Source: Okamejei kenojei
Lineage: Eukaryota
Assembly (NCBI GenBank): GCA_035221665.1
Contig: JAVHYY010000154.1
Span: 372,001 to 436,000 of the forward strand
Reading direction: 5' to 3'
Length of the DNA: 64,000 nt
Positions 52,696 to 64,000 of this stretch are shown here, piece by piece. A program made the position numbers and the translations under genes. The notes beneath the pieces were generated by a model. The model was not told the origin of the DNA and ran no database searches. It saw only the letters and a list, made by a program, of their open reading frames with translations. How positions within the stretch are numbered: the stretch's first letter is position 1; each line of letters starts with the position of its first letter.

Positions 52696-53784
52696 AGTGC
52701 AGTGCAGTGCTTACATAATACCTGCAGTGCTTACATAATACTGCTCCTTGTTTCAGAAAACATCAGCTACGAAGGATAACATAGAACAGAAATACGGACA
52801 GATTCGGTACAAACCGGTCAGCCAACAATGTCTGTGCCGAACATGATGCAAAGCTCAACTAATCGTATCTCCTGTAAATCACTCATATCTCTCCTTTCCG
52901 AGCATGTCCGTGTGTTTATCTCAAAGCCTCTTAAAAGCCACTGTCGTATCGCCTCTATCACCATCCCCGGCAGCATGTTCCATGTACTTACCGCTCTCTC
53001 CGTAAATAACCCGTACATATCGTTTGCGTTTTGCCCCCTTCACCTTAATGGTAGTCTTTTATAATTCCACCGTGTGATAGAAAAACCCCGTTCTGAATGC
53101 CTACACTTTCCATATCTTTCATACGTTCATATGCTTTAATCAGATCGGAGCCCCTGACAATCCATGGGAAACAAGCCAACTCTGCCCCATCTATCCTGAA
53201 AGTTAGCACCCTTTAATCCAAGTAGTGATCTGGGTATAGAGCTAGAGATACTCAATATTCGGTTTAAACCAGCATCTTCAGTTCCTTCCAACGAACATTT
53301 TGGAAATCCTTGCCTACATCCTAACCAAAACCTGTACGCTTTTCCATCAATAAGACGATGGGAACTGTCGGCAACGCAACAAATGTGGCCAAACCAAGGA
53401 CTTTAAGCGCTGCATCGTGTTGTTGCAACAATAGATTTTTCCACAATGAATCCTTTAGTTCACAGCACCCATTGGCTGTGATTGTGATTGAACCCAGCAA
53501 GGTCTAGGGAGACAACCATGGCAGACAGCAGATTAAATTAACTGCTACGAATAAAAACACAATGTTATATATTCTGCCCTAACTCATTTTTTCATATTGA
53601 AGTGCTCAGCAAGTACACCCAACTCAAAGCAGACTGCACTCGAGGAGTCCATGGATGTTACGAACCCCAGTCGCCAGGCCGATTGTGAGCACTACTCCTA
53701 GACTCTTCGGAAATTTCACGAACATTATGAATATTACAGACAAATCACAGACGTTCACCTCACTTTTATCTTAAAGGTACCTAC

Positions 53785-53827
53785 GGAAGAAACATGCACA
53801 AAATATGAAAGAAAGCAGCATTTCCAT
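53785..53827 (-). CDS. Leader exon of V2
   Basis: MEMLLSFIFCACFF+C, GTAGGT donor, phase 1. Confidence 0.85.
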
Positions 53828-56800
53828 CTTTCTTTCAGGGAGCAGATAGTTGGCGTGACGAGATGTTGGAGTCCGTGGCCCTGCAGTGCTCCCCACGGCA
53901 CTGTTATTCGCCCTAAAGGCCCTGCCCTGTTTGACTTCCCAAAAACCAAAACCTCTCACTTATCTTCATTAAAATTCAGCAACCATTGCTCGGCCCACAT
54001 TGTTGAACTGATCAACATCCTCCGGTGGCTTTTGATAATCATCTTCGCTCTCTGCGACTCCACCTACCGTGGCGTCATTTTCAAACGTTCTATTCATGCC
54101 TTCTACATTCTCATCCAAATCTTCGATATAAATGACAAACAGCAATGGGCCCAGAACTGATCCTTGAGGCACACAACTATTCGCTGGCATCCAGTCCGAA
54201 AAAATATCTTCCGCCATCCCACTCTGCTTTCACCCTTAAAGCAGATTTTCTAACCATTTAGCAAGAACCACCTGGATCTCGTGCTACCGTTCCAGAGCAG
54301 CCAACCACGCGGCACTTTATAACACGCCCTGCTGGCATATAATGTCTACAACCTTTCCCTCATCAACTGGTGCATATGTCCCAGGAATTTTCTGTCAGCC
54401 TCTCATACGCTATCCTCCCTCCAGCATGCTGGCGATACACCGTGAACCAGGTAGCATCTCTGGAGAACATGGATGGGTGAAGTTTCGGTAAGGACACTGA
54501 GATGACTCTTCACAATTGAACTAGGGCTATCTGTGGATTTTATCGGCGGTGGTGGCAGGTTCTCTGGAGGCTATCAAGAGAGAGTAAGATAGGGCTCTTA
54601 AAAGAGCGGAATCTGGGGATATGGGAAGGCAGGAACGGGGTACTGATTGGAGATGATCAGCCATCGTCACATTGAATGGCGGTGCTAGCTCGAAGGGCCA
54701 AATAGTCTGCTCCTGCACCTATTGTCTATTGTCTATTGCCTATCTCTGGGCTTTATCCAATTAATTCCCTGTCAACCCCCTTTCTCTCCCGTGTCCCCTT
54801 AAATATGGCCAGGCTTTACCGTAGACTGTACCACAATCAGCCGGAAGAACGGCCAGAACTTACATTTCTCCAGATACCCGTTGAGTTACTAGCAGTAATC
54901 AGCAGCGAATGTGTTATTCTAATAGTCATGAATGAATGATGAATCGGTGCGAATATGGATACAAACTGAAGAGCGTAGCATTTAGTATGTACAAACGGTG
55001 ATATATTCTGTTCCTGGGGCTCGGGGAGATCCAGTCATACGTGGATGTAGGGGGATGGGGGATTCAATTGGGGCAATCGGCCGTGATCAAATAGAAATGC
55101 GGAACCACCCTGACGTACCGAAAGTCCCAGAATACTCCGATTACCGACGTTTTGGGGAAACTGATCCGTAAAGCATTATTCATAGCTGAAGAATCTAGAG
55201 TCCGAAGAAGGGTCTCGACCCGAAACATCACCCATTCCTGCTCCCCAGAGGTGTTGCCTGGCCCGCCGAGTTATTCCAGCGGATTGTGTCGATCTTCGAC
55301 ATTAAAGCTATGTAATGTTGGTAGAGCTGCAAAACGAGAAATGGCCTGTAAAATGCGAGTGAGATATTCCCTCCATCATGCTGGCGAAACACCGTGAACT
55401 ATGTAGCATCTCTGGAGAACATGGATGGGTGAAGTGATATTGTGATATGGACAACATATCTGATGAAGGCTGCGCTGGCCCTGGAGAGGGAGGGGAGGAA
55501 TGGGTGAGCATATAATCCGCGCTTAACGGCACGGGACTGTACTCGCTGGAGTTTAGAGGAATTGCCTTGGATCGACGCTCCAACCACGGCCTGCAGACTT
55601 TAACATCAAGGGCTCACAGTCTCTGGAGAGACCGAGTCGGGAAGCACCGGAAGCCGCACACGTTCGACAAGCCTAGACCCGAAGTCAGATCGCCGGCGCG
55701 GGGTAACTGAGATTCCCCACCGATGCAGGAGCTGATCGGCCCGACGAAGAAGGCCCATCGCTAGCTGCGGGAGTAAGATCTTCCCGTCAACGGAAGGTTT
55801 TAGGCCCCCGACCGCTGGAGGACAAAGAATGGAAGAGATTGAACTTTTGGTTTTACCTTAATTGAGTGAGGAATGTGAAGGAGTCACTGTGATGGATGTT
55901 GATGTCAAAATGTATTTCGTGTGTTCTGTTGCTTTTTATATTATTTGTATGACTAACTTGGCAAATGAAATTCCTCGTACCTTGCAAAACGTACTTCGCT
56001 AATAAAGTATAATTGTACTGTATTGTATTGAATGGCGGAGTAGATTTGATGGGCCGAATGCCCTAATACTGCTATCACATATTAACTTCAGATTTTATGA
56101 GTGCATGCAGTGGAAATAATAATGTTATGTTAAAACAATAGCTTTTCATGGACGCCCCATCAAATAGAAAAATATAAAGTTTTAAAGAAGGAACTGCAGA
56201 TGCTGGAGAATCGAGGGTACACAAAAAGCTCTCAGCGGGTGCAGCAGCATCTATAGGCGACGTTTCGGGTCGAGACCCTGACTGGTCAGGATTTGATGTG
56301 GAGAGATAAGGAACAATGAGTGAAAGATATGCAAAAAAGTATCGGTGATAAAGGGAACAAGCCATTGTAAGAAAATGCGGTGCGATGAGGGAGAGGTGCA
56401 ATATTCAAGCCCATGCAGACTCCCCAAGCGGAACACTCTGGCGTGGACGCTGAGCTCGATTGCGGACCGAGCGGAGGTGTTCGGCGAAGCGATCGCCAAG
56501 CACCGATATAGATCATCTGGCATCTGAGCAACGGATGCAGTAGATGAGGTTGGAGGAGGTGCAGGTGAACCTCTGTCGGACCTGGAAGGACTGAAAGGAG
56601 TGGAGGGGGGAGGTCTTCTCAAGATCATCAGCTGCATTTAATGTAAGAAGGAGCCCGAACGGGAGCGATTAGTGAACAACACACGCGACTGTAGTCCGGT
56701 TTGCGCAGAATCGTTCAGTGATGTCCTCAGACACTGACTGCGTTGTATCCCAAGTCTTTCAGACCGCGCCAGGAATATTGTGCGCAATTTTGGTCTCCTA

Positions 56801-57834
56801 ATTTGAGGAAGGGCATTATTGTTATTGAGGGAGTGCAGCGCAGGTTCACTAGGTTAATTCCCGAGATGGCGGGACTGACATATGATGAAAGAATGTGTCG
56901 ACTGGGCTTCTATTCGCTGGAATTTAGACGGATGAAAGCGGATCTAATAGAAACATATATAATTATAGACAACAGACAATAGGTGAACGAGTAGGTCATT
57001 CTACCCTTCGAGCCAGCACCGCCATTCATTATGATCATGGCTGATCATCCTCAATCAGTATCCCGTTCATGCCTTCTCCCCATATTCCCTGACTCCGCTA
57101 TCCAGAGAACCGGCTCCATCGCCCTCTGAGGGAGAGAATTCCACAGACTCAAAACTCTCTGTGAGAAAAAGTGTTTCCTCGTCTCCGTTCTAATCAGCTT
57201 ACCCCTTATTCTTAAACTGTGGCCCCTGCTTCTGGACTCCCCCAACATCGGGACATGCTTCCTGGCTCTAGAGTGTCCAAATCCTTAAAATCTTATATGT
57301 TTCAATAGGGTCCACTCTCATCATTCTGAACTCCAGAGTATATAAGCCCAGCCGCTCCATTCTCTCAGCATATGACATGAATGGAGATTAAATGGCGGCG
57401 CTGGCTCTAAGGACCGAATGGCCTAGTCCTGCACCTGTTTTAGCATGATTCTATGTTTCTACCTCTACCTGTATACACATGTTGCCGCTGTGGTTCAGCA
57501 GGGCGACGATACGGTACGCCACTCCGAATATCAGCAGTTCTTGAGGTTCTTGAGACACCTCTTCTTTGCCATTTACCAAAGGCCGGACGAGGGCGCCAGA
57601 TTCATGCACAGAGTTGGAAAACTACGTGATGATAAAGCACCGGCTATTTCCCATGACTGTCGTGTGTCGTCGTGCTGGGTTGTGCTTGTTTAATCCGTTG
57701 GCTGGTAAAACACAAGAAAATAGTTTGATACTCTTTCCCCCCTCCCTTTCACGACAGTCTTCCAATGGGGGGTACACAAAATGCTGGAGAAACTCAGCGG
57801 GTGCAGCAGCATCTAAGGAGCGAAGGAGATAGGC

Positions 57835-57862
57835 GACGTTTCGGGTCGAGACCCTTCTTCAG
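57835..57862 (-). ncRNA. Minimal hammerhead-ribozyme core in a Penelope-derived palindromic repeat
   Basis: CTGAAGA-A-GGGTC-TC-GACCC-GAAA-C-GTC: conserved CUGANGA and GAAA boxes, stem II and GUC triplet. Stem I is not formed in this copy. Confidence 0.5.
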
Positions 57863-58064
57863 TCTTCCAATGGGATTCAGTTATAAGATAGTCGTCTGTT
57901 TAGGACGGAGAATATTTGATGAATGTTACTTACATCGGCCAGCATTTCGAAGTCGAGTTTGGTCGCAGTCAGAGATTGAAACTACAAAGTTACAATTTGA
58001 ACCCCAGGAACGAATTGCTTTGTTGCTATTTATTGTTTACGTATTTCCTTACTAGTAGTTGAGT

Positions 58065-58078
58065 GCGCCATCTGGCGG
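58065..58078 (-). promoter_or_regulatory. Putative CTCF-binding site downstream of the V-psi2 RSS
   Basis: CCGCCAGATGGCGC is close to the CCASYAGRKGGCRS consensus. Confidence 0.65.
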
Positions 58079-58103
58079 CAACGTGCACAATTGCTTGCGG
58101 TGG

Positions 58104-58142
58104 GTTTTTTGTTCGGGTCCGCCCTGTTTCTTCAGCAACGTG
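58104..58142 (-). other. Degenerate 23-RSS of V-psi2
   Basis: CACGTTG (58142-58136), 23-nt spacer, ACAAAAAAC (58112-58104). Confidence 0.75.
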
Positions 58143-58436
58143 GAGTCCATTGCAGAAAGATACGTGGCGGCGTCGGTAATCTCGGACTCGCGGATGATGA
58201 ACTGGGTGGTCTTTGCAGCCTTATTGTACGTAGAAGAGAAACGGTCGGTGAGATCACCATTTCTCTTTAGTATCCTTGCCGTAATCCGAAACAGGATCAC
58301 TGGCGACTGCCCACATCGCTGTCTGTACCAATAAATATTCAGCAATAAGCATCCTGCCGTTCTCAAAAAGCATTCTAATGCGATGTCATCTTTAACTTCG
58401 AGACCGACTATGCCACCGAGTCCTGGATGCTGCAGT
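58143..58436 (-). pseudogene. TCR V exon pseudogene (V-psi2, a different V family)
   Basis: Acceptor at 58437, then DCSIQDSVA* (TAG at 58410-58408) and a frameshift into DDIALECFLRTAGCLLLNIYWYRQ...DRFS...ITDAATYLSAM. The second Cys is Ser. Confidence 0.88.
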
Positions 58437-60019
58437 CTAATAGTAAACCATATGTCAGTTAACATGTGTGGGAAGGAACTTCAGATGCTGATTTAAACCG
58501 AAGATAGACACAACAACTGGAGTAACTTCGCGGGACAGACAGCATCTCTGGAGAGAAGGAATGGGTGACGTTTCGGGTCGAATCCCTACTTATGAGTTTC
58601 GAAACGTCACAAATTCCTTTTCTCCAGTAGGGCATTTATGTCCACATCAGTTAATATAATTTATTTTATCAACCCAATCACCCCTTTCTCCAATTTAATA
58701 TGTCGAGTAACGAGATGCAATAAATACATTTGGGGACGGAAATACTAACGACGAAGAACGGTGCGAGGAAGATCCGCATGATGTTTTCGAGTCCACAGGC
58801 CTGGAAACCCACAGTCGGACCATAACTGATATAGCTTCACGCCCGGTCCCCGACGAATGATCCAAATACGAGCAGCCACCCTCCGTAAACAGCCCTTCTG
58901 GGTCTGACATGGGTCTGACAAAGCATTCAGACCTAGAGGATCAAATGTGATCTCGATGGTAAAGCCACAAATATCGACACTGAGTGGAGTACAGACTGTG
59001 TGAACGTGCGCAGCGCTGTTCTGCAGCGACCGGAGTTTGTCAAATGAAATATTTGAGTATATTGCGCTTGCTCACTGCGACGCGTCATGGTAGGAATGAG
59101 ACCCGCCGACTGTACAGCACCATTGCAAAACTAAACATTACATTCTACCGTTGTGGGTTACTTACTTTCAACGGTCTTGTCCTGATTACCGTTCTACTCT
59201 ACAGGAAGGAACTGCAAATGCTGGTTTACACCGAAGATAGTCACACAATGCCGGAACAGGCAGCATTTCTGGAGAGAAGGAACGGGTACTGTTTCGGGTC
59301 GAAACCACCCTTCAGTCTGGTCAGGTTAAAACATTACCTATTTATTCCCTCCAGAGAATCGACCTGCCCCGCTCAGATACTAGGTATGTTACAAAACTTA
59401 CATTCAGCGGCGCAGCAGTTCTGCCACTGGCCGTTTGCGCGACTTTGGCGCCTTTGAGAGCGGCGAGTTTAAAATGCCGTTTTCTACTGCCTGTTGAAGT
59501 CGACCTTTGTCAGGCTGTTTAGCTGCTGAAGGATAATCGATCCGACTTGTGCTTTATCAAGTTTATTTAAAAACATCGCTGGATAATTGAATAGCAGGAG
59601 TAAACTAAAAATCGTCTTCTAAAGCCGTCAACACAGACAACGGGACGGATCTCGCGTACGGGAAAAAGCATGGTAAGCCGTTTATTTTTACATATAAACG
59701 TGCTTCTTTGGATGCCTTGAATCAACATTTCACGTTGCGAAAAGATGATTTCACCCCATACGAACCGGCAGTGTTTTTCCTGCCTATACGTGGTTTAAAT
59801 TCACCGCAAATGCAACCTTCCAATCGATCGCGTTCCACAAAATCCCGCTCGCAAGATAATCATAATGCCCATTAATTTACGGGAATTAAACACTAAATTC
59901 CTCCTATTTGACGTATAAATTAATGACAATGAGATTTCAAAATCAAGTTATATTATGAATTATTGTGTGAATGTCATTTGGACACTTAGGCTATTAAAAA
60001 AATAACGTTTTCTTAAGAA

Positions 60020-60930
60020 TGAAAGGTGGAAGGTGTACTTGTTAAATGTGCATAAATGCTCAATAAACGTAAGACACACATTAATATAATTTAAAATTTT
60101 ACACAGATTATACTACTCAAAAACTAAATTAAATAAATTCGTCCCCAATGTCTCACCAATTTGTGATAAATGCCAGTTTCAAGAAGCTACTATAGCGCAC
60201 TCATTCATCTTTTGTACAAAAATTCAAAGGTTTTGGATTGAAATCTTTGAAATTTACACAAAATTGTTTAAAATAAAAATGACAGCAAAGCCAGAATGGA
60301 TTATTTTTGGAATGACAGAAGGTAGTTCGGAATTAAATGTGTAGCAAAATAATCTATTTGATTACGGCGTAATAATAGGAAAAAAGCTAATCTTACATTT
60401 CTGGAAAAATGCCACTACACCAACATTAAATTTGTGGATTTCAACTATGTTTGAAACACTACATCTGCAAGATATGAGACTCCGCCTGGGAGGAAAATCA
60501 GATCGTTTCTATCAGACGTGTTCCGCGTTCATAGAATTGCTACAAACATAGGGTGCAACAATACCTCGGGTCTTGGTGTGGGGGGATGAAAAGCTATCGA
60601 GTTGGCAGATTCCTTTTGCGTGATATATATAATATAGTTACTGGCTTTTGTTTTCTTCTTCTCTCTTTTTTTCTCTCTGTTTTCTTTTTCGTTTCTAGAG
60701 TCTATCTTTTAATTCCTTTTCTCTAATTCTTTGACCAAGGTTTTTTTTACCCCTTTGGCACTCTCTCACTTTCACAACTCTTTTCACCTACTTTACTCTC
60801 TTTGCTTCTATTCTTTTTTCTTGAAAGCCATATAATTATGGGATACAATGATTGTAACAATATATATATATATATATGTCATGTACACTGATGTATTTAC
60901 ATCTATTAAATAAAAATATTAAAAAAAAAA
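60020..60930 (+). mobile_element. L1-clade LINE 3' end with poly(A)
   Basis: Zinc-knuckle region PICDKC...HSF..C, pyrimidine-rich 3' UTR, AATAAA and A10 at about 60909-60930. Confidence 0.85.
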
Positions 60931-63445
60931 TAGTTTTGTAAAAGTTCCAAAAATTTCTTTCCAACATTTATGCAGTTTTGTACAAGAGACAAAGGAATGT
61001 GGTATAGTGGCATTTTGAGTTAGACATTTATCACAAATGGGGGAAACATTTGGAAATATTTTATTCAGTCTAGTTTTCGAGTAATATAATCTGTGTAAAA
61101 TATTAAATTGAACTAGGTTATGCCTTACATTAATTGAACATTTATGTACATATCATAGATTTTTTTCCCATCTGTCGTTCGGAATTTTTATCAATAACCC
61201 TTGTTCCCAGACCCTTCTAATTGCTTCCGTCGTTGGTGTTTCTATATTTAAAACTATATTATATAAATATGATATTAAATTGCTTGATTCTGCCTTTCTA
61301 TTCATTCCTTCCTCTAATACATCTGGGGTTAGAGTTTGATATCCTTGTATATATTTTTTTTAAATAATCTTGAATTTGAAGATATTAAAATATTGATTAC
61401 TTTTGAAATTATATTTTAGTTGTAATTGTTGGAATGATAAAAGTTTTCCCATGTCATACATATCTCCCATCATTTTAATTCCTATTCTTTCCCAATGGAT
61501 AAACGTTTTATTAATTATATGTAGCTTGAATGAGGGATTGTTATCTTTTGGAGAAAGAAGCGATACACATCTTAATTTTAAACTTAATTGTATTTGTTTC
61601 CAAATTCGTATTATACTATGAATACTAGGATTCTTCTTATATATTATATTGTTCAGTATCATTGGGAAGATAAGGATCGGTCCTATCTTATAAGGGGAGC
61701 AATCCTCTTTCTCCATTCTTATCCAATCTACCCAGAACTGCCCAGCCAGTAGATGATATTTTTAATATTCACTGCCCAATAGTAATACAATGTTAGGGGG
61801 TGTCAGTCCCCCTGATTCTTTAGATTTACACAAGTGTTTTCTTTGAATTCTGTGTGATTTATAGTCCAATATGAAGTTTGTAATATCATCTTCTAGTTTT
61901 TTAAATAATCTTTTTGGTAAGTATATTGGTATTGATTGAAATAGGTACAGTATTTGTGGTAAGAAGATCATTTTCATAGCATTTATTCTGCCTATTAAGG
62001 ACATCGCAAGTGTATTCCAGAATTTAATCAACCCATTTAATTTAGTTAATAAAAGCATATAGTTTGCGTTGAGTAATGATTTATATTTCCTAGTAATTTG
62101 GATACCCAAATACTCGAATTTTTCTGACGCAATTCTAAAAGGGAATTTCAACAGTTGTGTCGGCTCATGAGGTTTTGTCGTCATAATTTCGCTTTTGTTC
62201 CAGTTATTCTATATCCTGAAAAGGAACCAAATTCCACTATTAAATTTAGTATATTTGGAATGCTAATTTGCGAATTTGTAATATATAATAATATGTCGTC
62301 TGCATATAATGCAATTGTATTATTTGTTTGGTGTTATATCCATGAATATTCGGATGACTTCTTATACTTTCTGCTAAAGGTTCTATCACTAGTGCAAATA
62401 GCAGGGGCGATAATGCGCACACCTGTCTATTGCCCCATGATAACTGGAATTTCGGGGACAATATATATTTAGTCAGTATTCTAGCCGTCGGTTTATCGTA
62501 TAATCATTTTACCCATGAGATAAAATTATCTCCCATATAAAATGTTTGCAATAATTTGAATAAGTAATGCCATGCTACTTGATCAAAAGCTTTTTCTTCA
62601 TCCAGTGAAATAATTGCTACATCTTCTTCTTCCGTTTTATGTGAGTACATTATATTAAACAGCCGTCTCAAATTGTTAAATGAGTATCTCTTTGGTATAA
62701 ACCCCGTTTGGTCTGGGTTTATTAGTTTGCTAACATATTTACTCTATCTTCTCGCTAGGGTCTTTGCTACTTTGTTAAATCTGTATTTAGGAGTGCTATG
62801 GCTCTATATGAGCCTGGGTCGTCTAGATCTTTATCCTTTTTAGGTATAAGCGTAATAGTTGACTCGGTTAGTGTTTCTGGTAGTATATTTTCTTTAAAAG
62901 CATGTATATATAACTTTTGTAAGCGTGGAGAAATTATCTGGTAGAATATTTTTAGAATTCATTACTAAAGCCATCTGGTCCTGGCGTTTTACCATTCTTC
63001 AACGAATTTATTGTTTCTTCTATTTCCTGAAGTATAACTTTTTTCAGTTGGCGTTCTAAGAGTTTATGTGGTTTATCACCAAATTCGAAATTGTCTTGTT
63101 TTGTAATTTGAAATAATATTATTATTCTTGCCGATAAAATTTTATTTAATTTATATTTTAGTAATGTTATCTTATTATGTTTATCTATGGTTGGTTCTTT
63201 GGCATATTCTAAATCTAATTGTCTAATTTCTTGTTCTAGCTGCAATTGTTCGGTGTTATTCCTTTTATTTTGCAAAGCTTGATATGAAATTATAGTTCCT
63301 CTAATAAATGCCTTAAAAGTTACCCATAATAAAGAGGGTGACATATCTGGTGTATCATTTGTCTCAAAGAAGAATATCATCTGTTCTTTTAAATATGTAC
63401 AACCTTGTTAGTTGTTTAAGATTTGGGGGTTAAGCCTCCAGAACG
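60931..63445 (-). mobile_element. L1-clade LINE ORF2 remnant
   Basis: ORFs 62952-63380 (PGPDGF), 62246-62461 (RQ.CALSPLLF), 61762-62184 (YLGI, GRIN..KM) and 61360-61716. Confidence 0.9.
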
Positions 63446-63449
63446 ATTT

Positions 63450-64000
63450 TACTTCGGAGTCACGTGAGGCCGGGAGGAGCGCTGCTCCTCTACCAGCAAG
63501 CTTAAAAAAGGAACCCTCAGGTAAGTACATCTAACCTAGAGTGGTTAGGGCACTCTGTCTCCTATATTTGCGTTTCAGAGGACCGAGCATGGACAAGGCT
63601 CGAGGAAAGAAAAGGGCCACTTCCCGGCTGACTACGGAGGACCGCGGGACCGGGGGCAGGAAACAGTGGCCAACAACGCCTGAGCTGGCCGTTGAGCATA
63701 AGGCAGCCCCCGACTTCATACCTCTACAGTCCGGAGGACCACCACAGACTGGCGGTAAGGCCGCTTAGAAGCCGGGCAGCCCCGTTGAATCGGTAGCCTC
63801 CGACTTTCTACCGCTGCAGTCCGCAAGACCACCGCGGACTGGTGGTAAGGCCCCGCGGAAGACGGGCAGCCCCGTTGACTCGGCTGAGTGCGGGCCTGAC
63901 GACCTGCCTTTCGCACACAGCGACGGTTGTCATTTATCCCGCATGGAGCGGATGGTGGAGCAATTGTTCCAACGTGACCTACTCCAGCAGGAGTCTGGTC
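63450..64000 (+). mobile_element. GC-rich 5' end and ORF1 start of another LINE, with a 90-bp tandem repeat
   Basis: ATG 63589 MDKARGKKRA... and repeat units beginning at 63724 and 63814. Confidence 0.5.

Noticed and set aside
57445-57693. Plus-strand ORF with VVQQGDDTV...YQRPDEGARF, faintly V-like
   Set aside because: It lacks the conserved Cys, Trp, YxC and RSS.
59070-59130. Possible leader exon for V-psi2 (MVLYSRRVSFLP*...GTGAGC)
   Set aside because: In-frame stop and poor hydrophobicity; it cannot be supported.
1-64000. D, J or C segments, CRISPR arrays, prokaryotic systems
   Set aside because: I found no 12-RSS/FGxG J motifs or C1-set exons by eye. The short periodic repeats are LINE/SINE tails in eukaryotic DNA.

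Overview
Repeat-rich vertebrate genomic DNA, most likely a cartilaginous fish (skate/ray). This is inferred from the HER1/CR1 LINEs, HE1-type V-SINEs, Penelope-derived palindromes and the gene content. Two multigene families are interleaved in the unique sequence. (1) Antigen-receptor V gene segments of TCR alpha/delta type, all on the minus strand. Two are intact, each with a leader exon, V exon and 23-bp-spacer RSS (45584-47124 and 51553-53827), and they arose by tandem duplication. Two are clear pseudogenes (6582-7002, split by a LINE; 58143-58436). Two more are faint relics. (2) Two-exon class A GPCRs of the GPR139/GPR142-like type. Two are complete (14126-16511 and 29494-32974), the first exon of a third lies at 154-223 (minus), and there is one pseudogene fragment. 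The window also has an intact tRNA-Thr(CGT), a tRNA-Ala(TGC) pseudogene, many CR1, L1, Rex1/Babar and Penelope remnants, SINEs, a fold-back MITE and a 181-nt assembly gap. The most notable observations are GPCR genes embedded among TCR V segments, an Arg at the W6.48 toggle position of both receptors paired with Glu7.42, and a near-consensus CTCF motif 25 bp beyond a V-gene RSS. No D, J or C segments were found.
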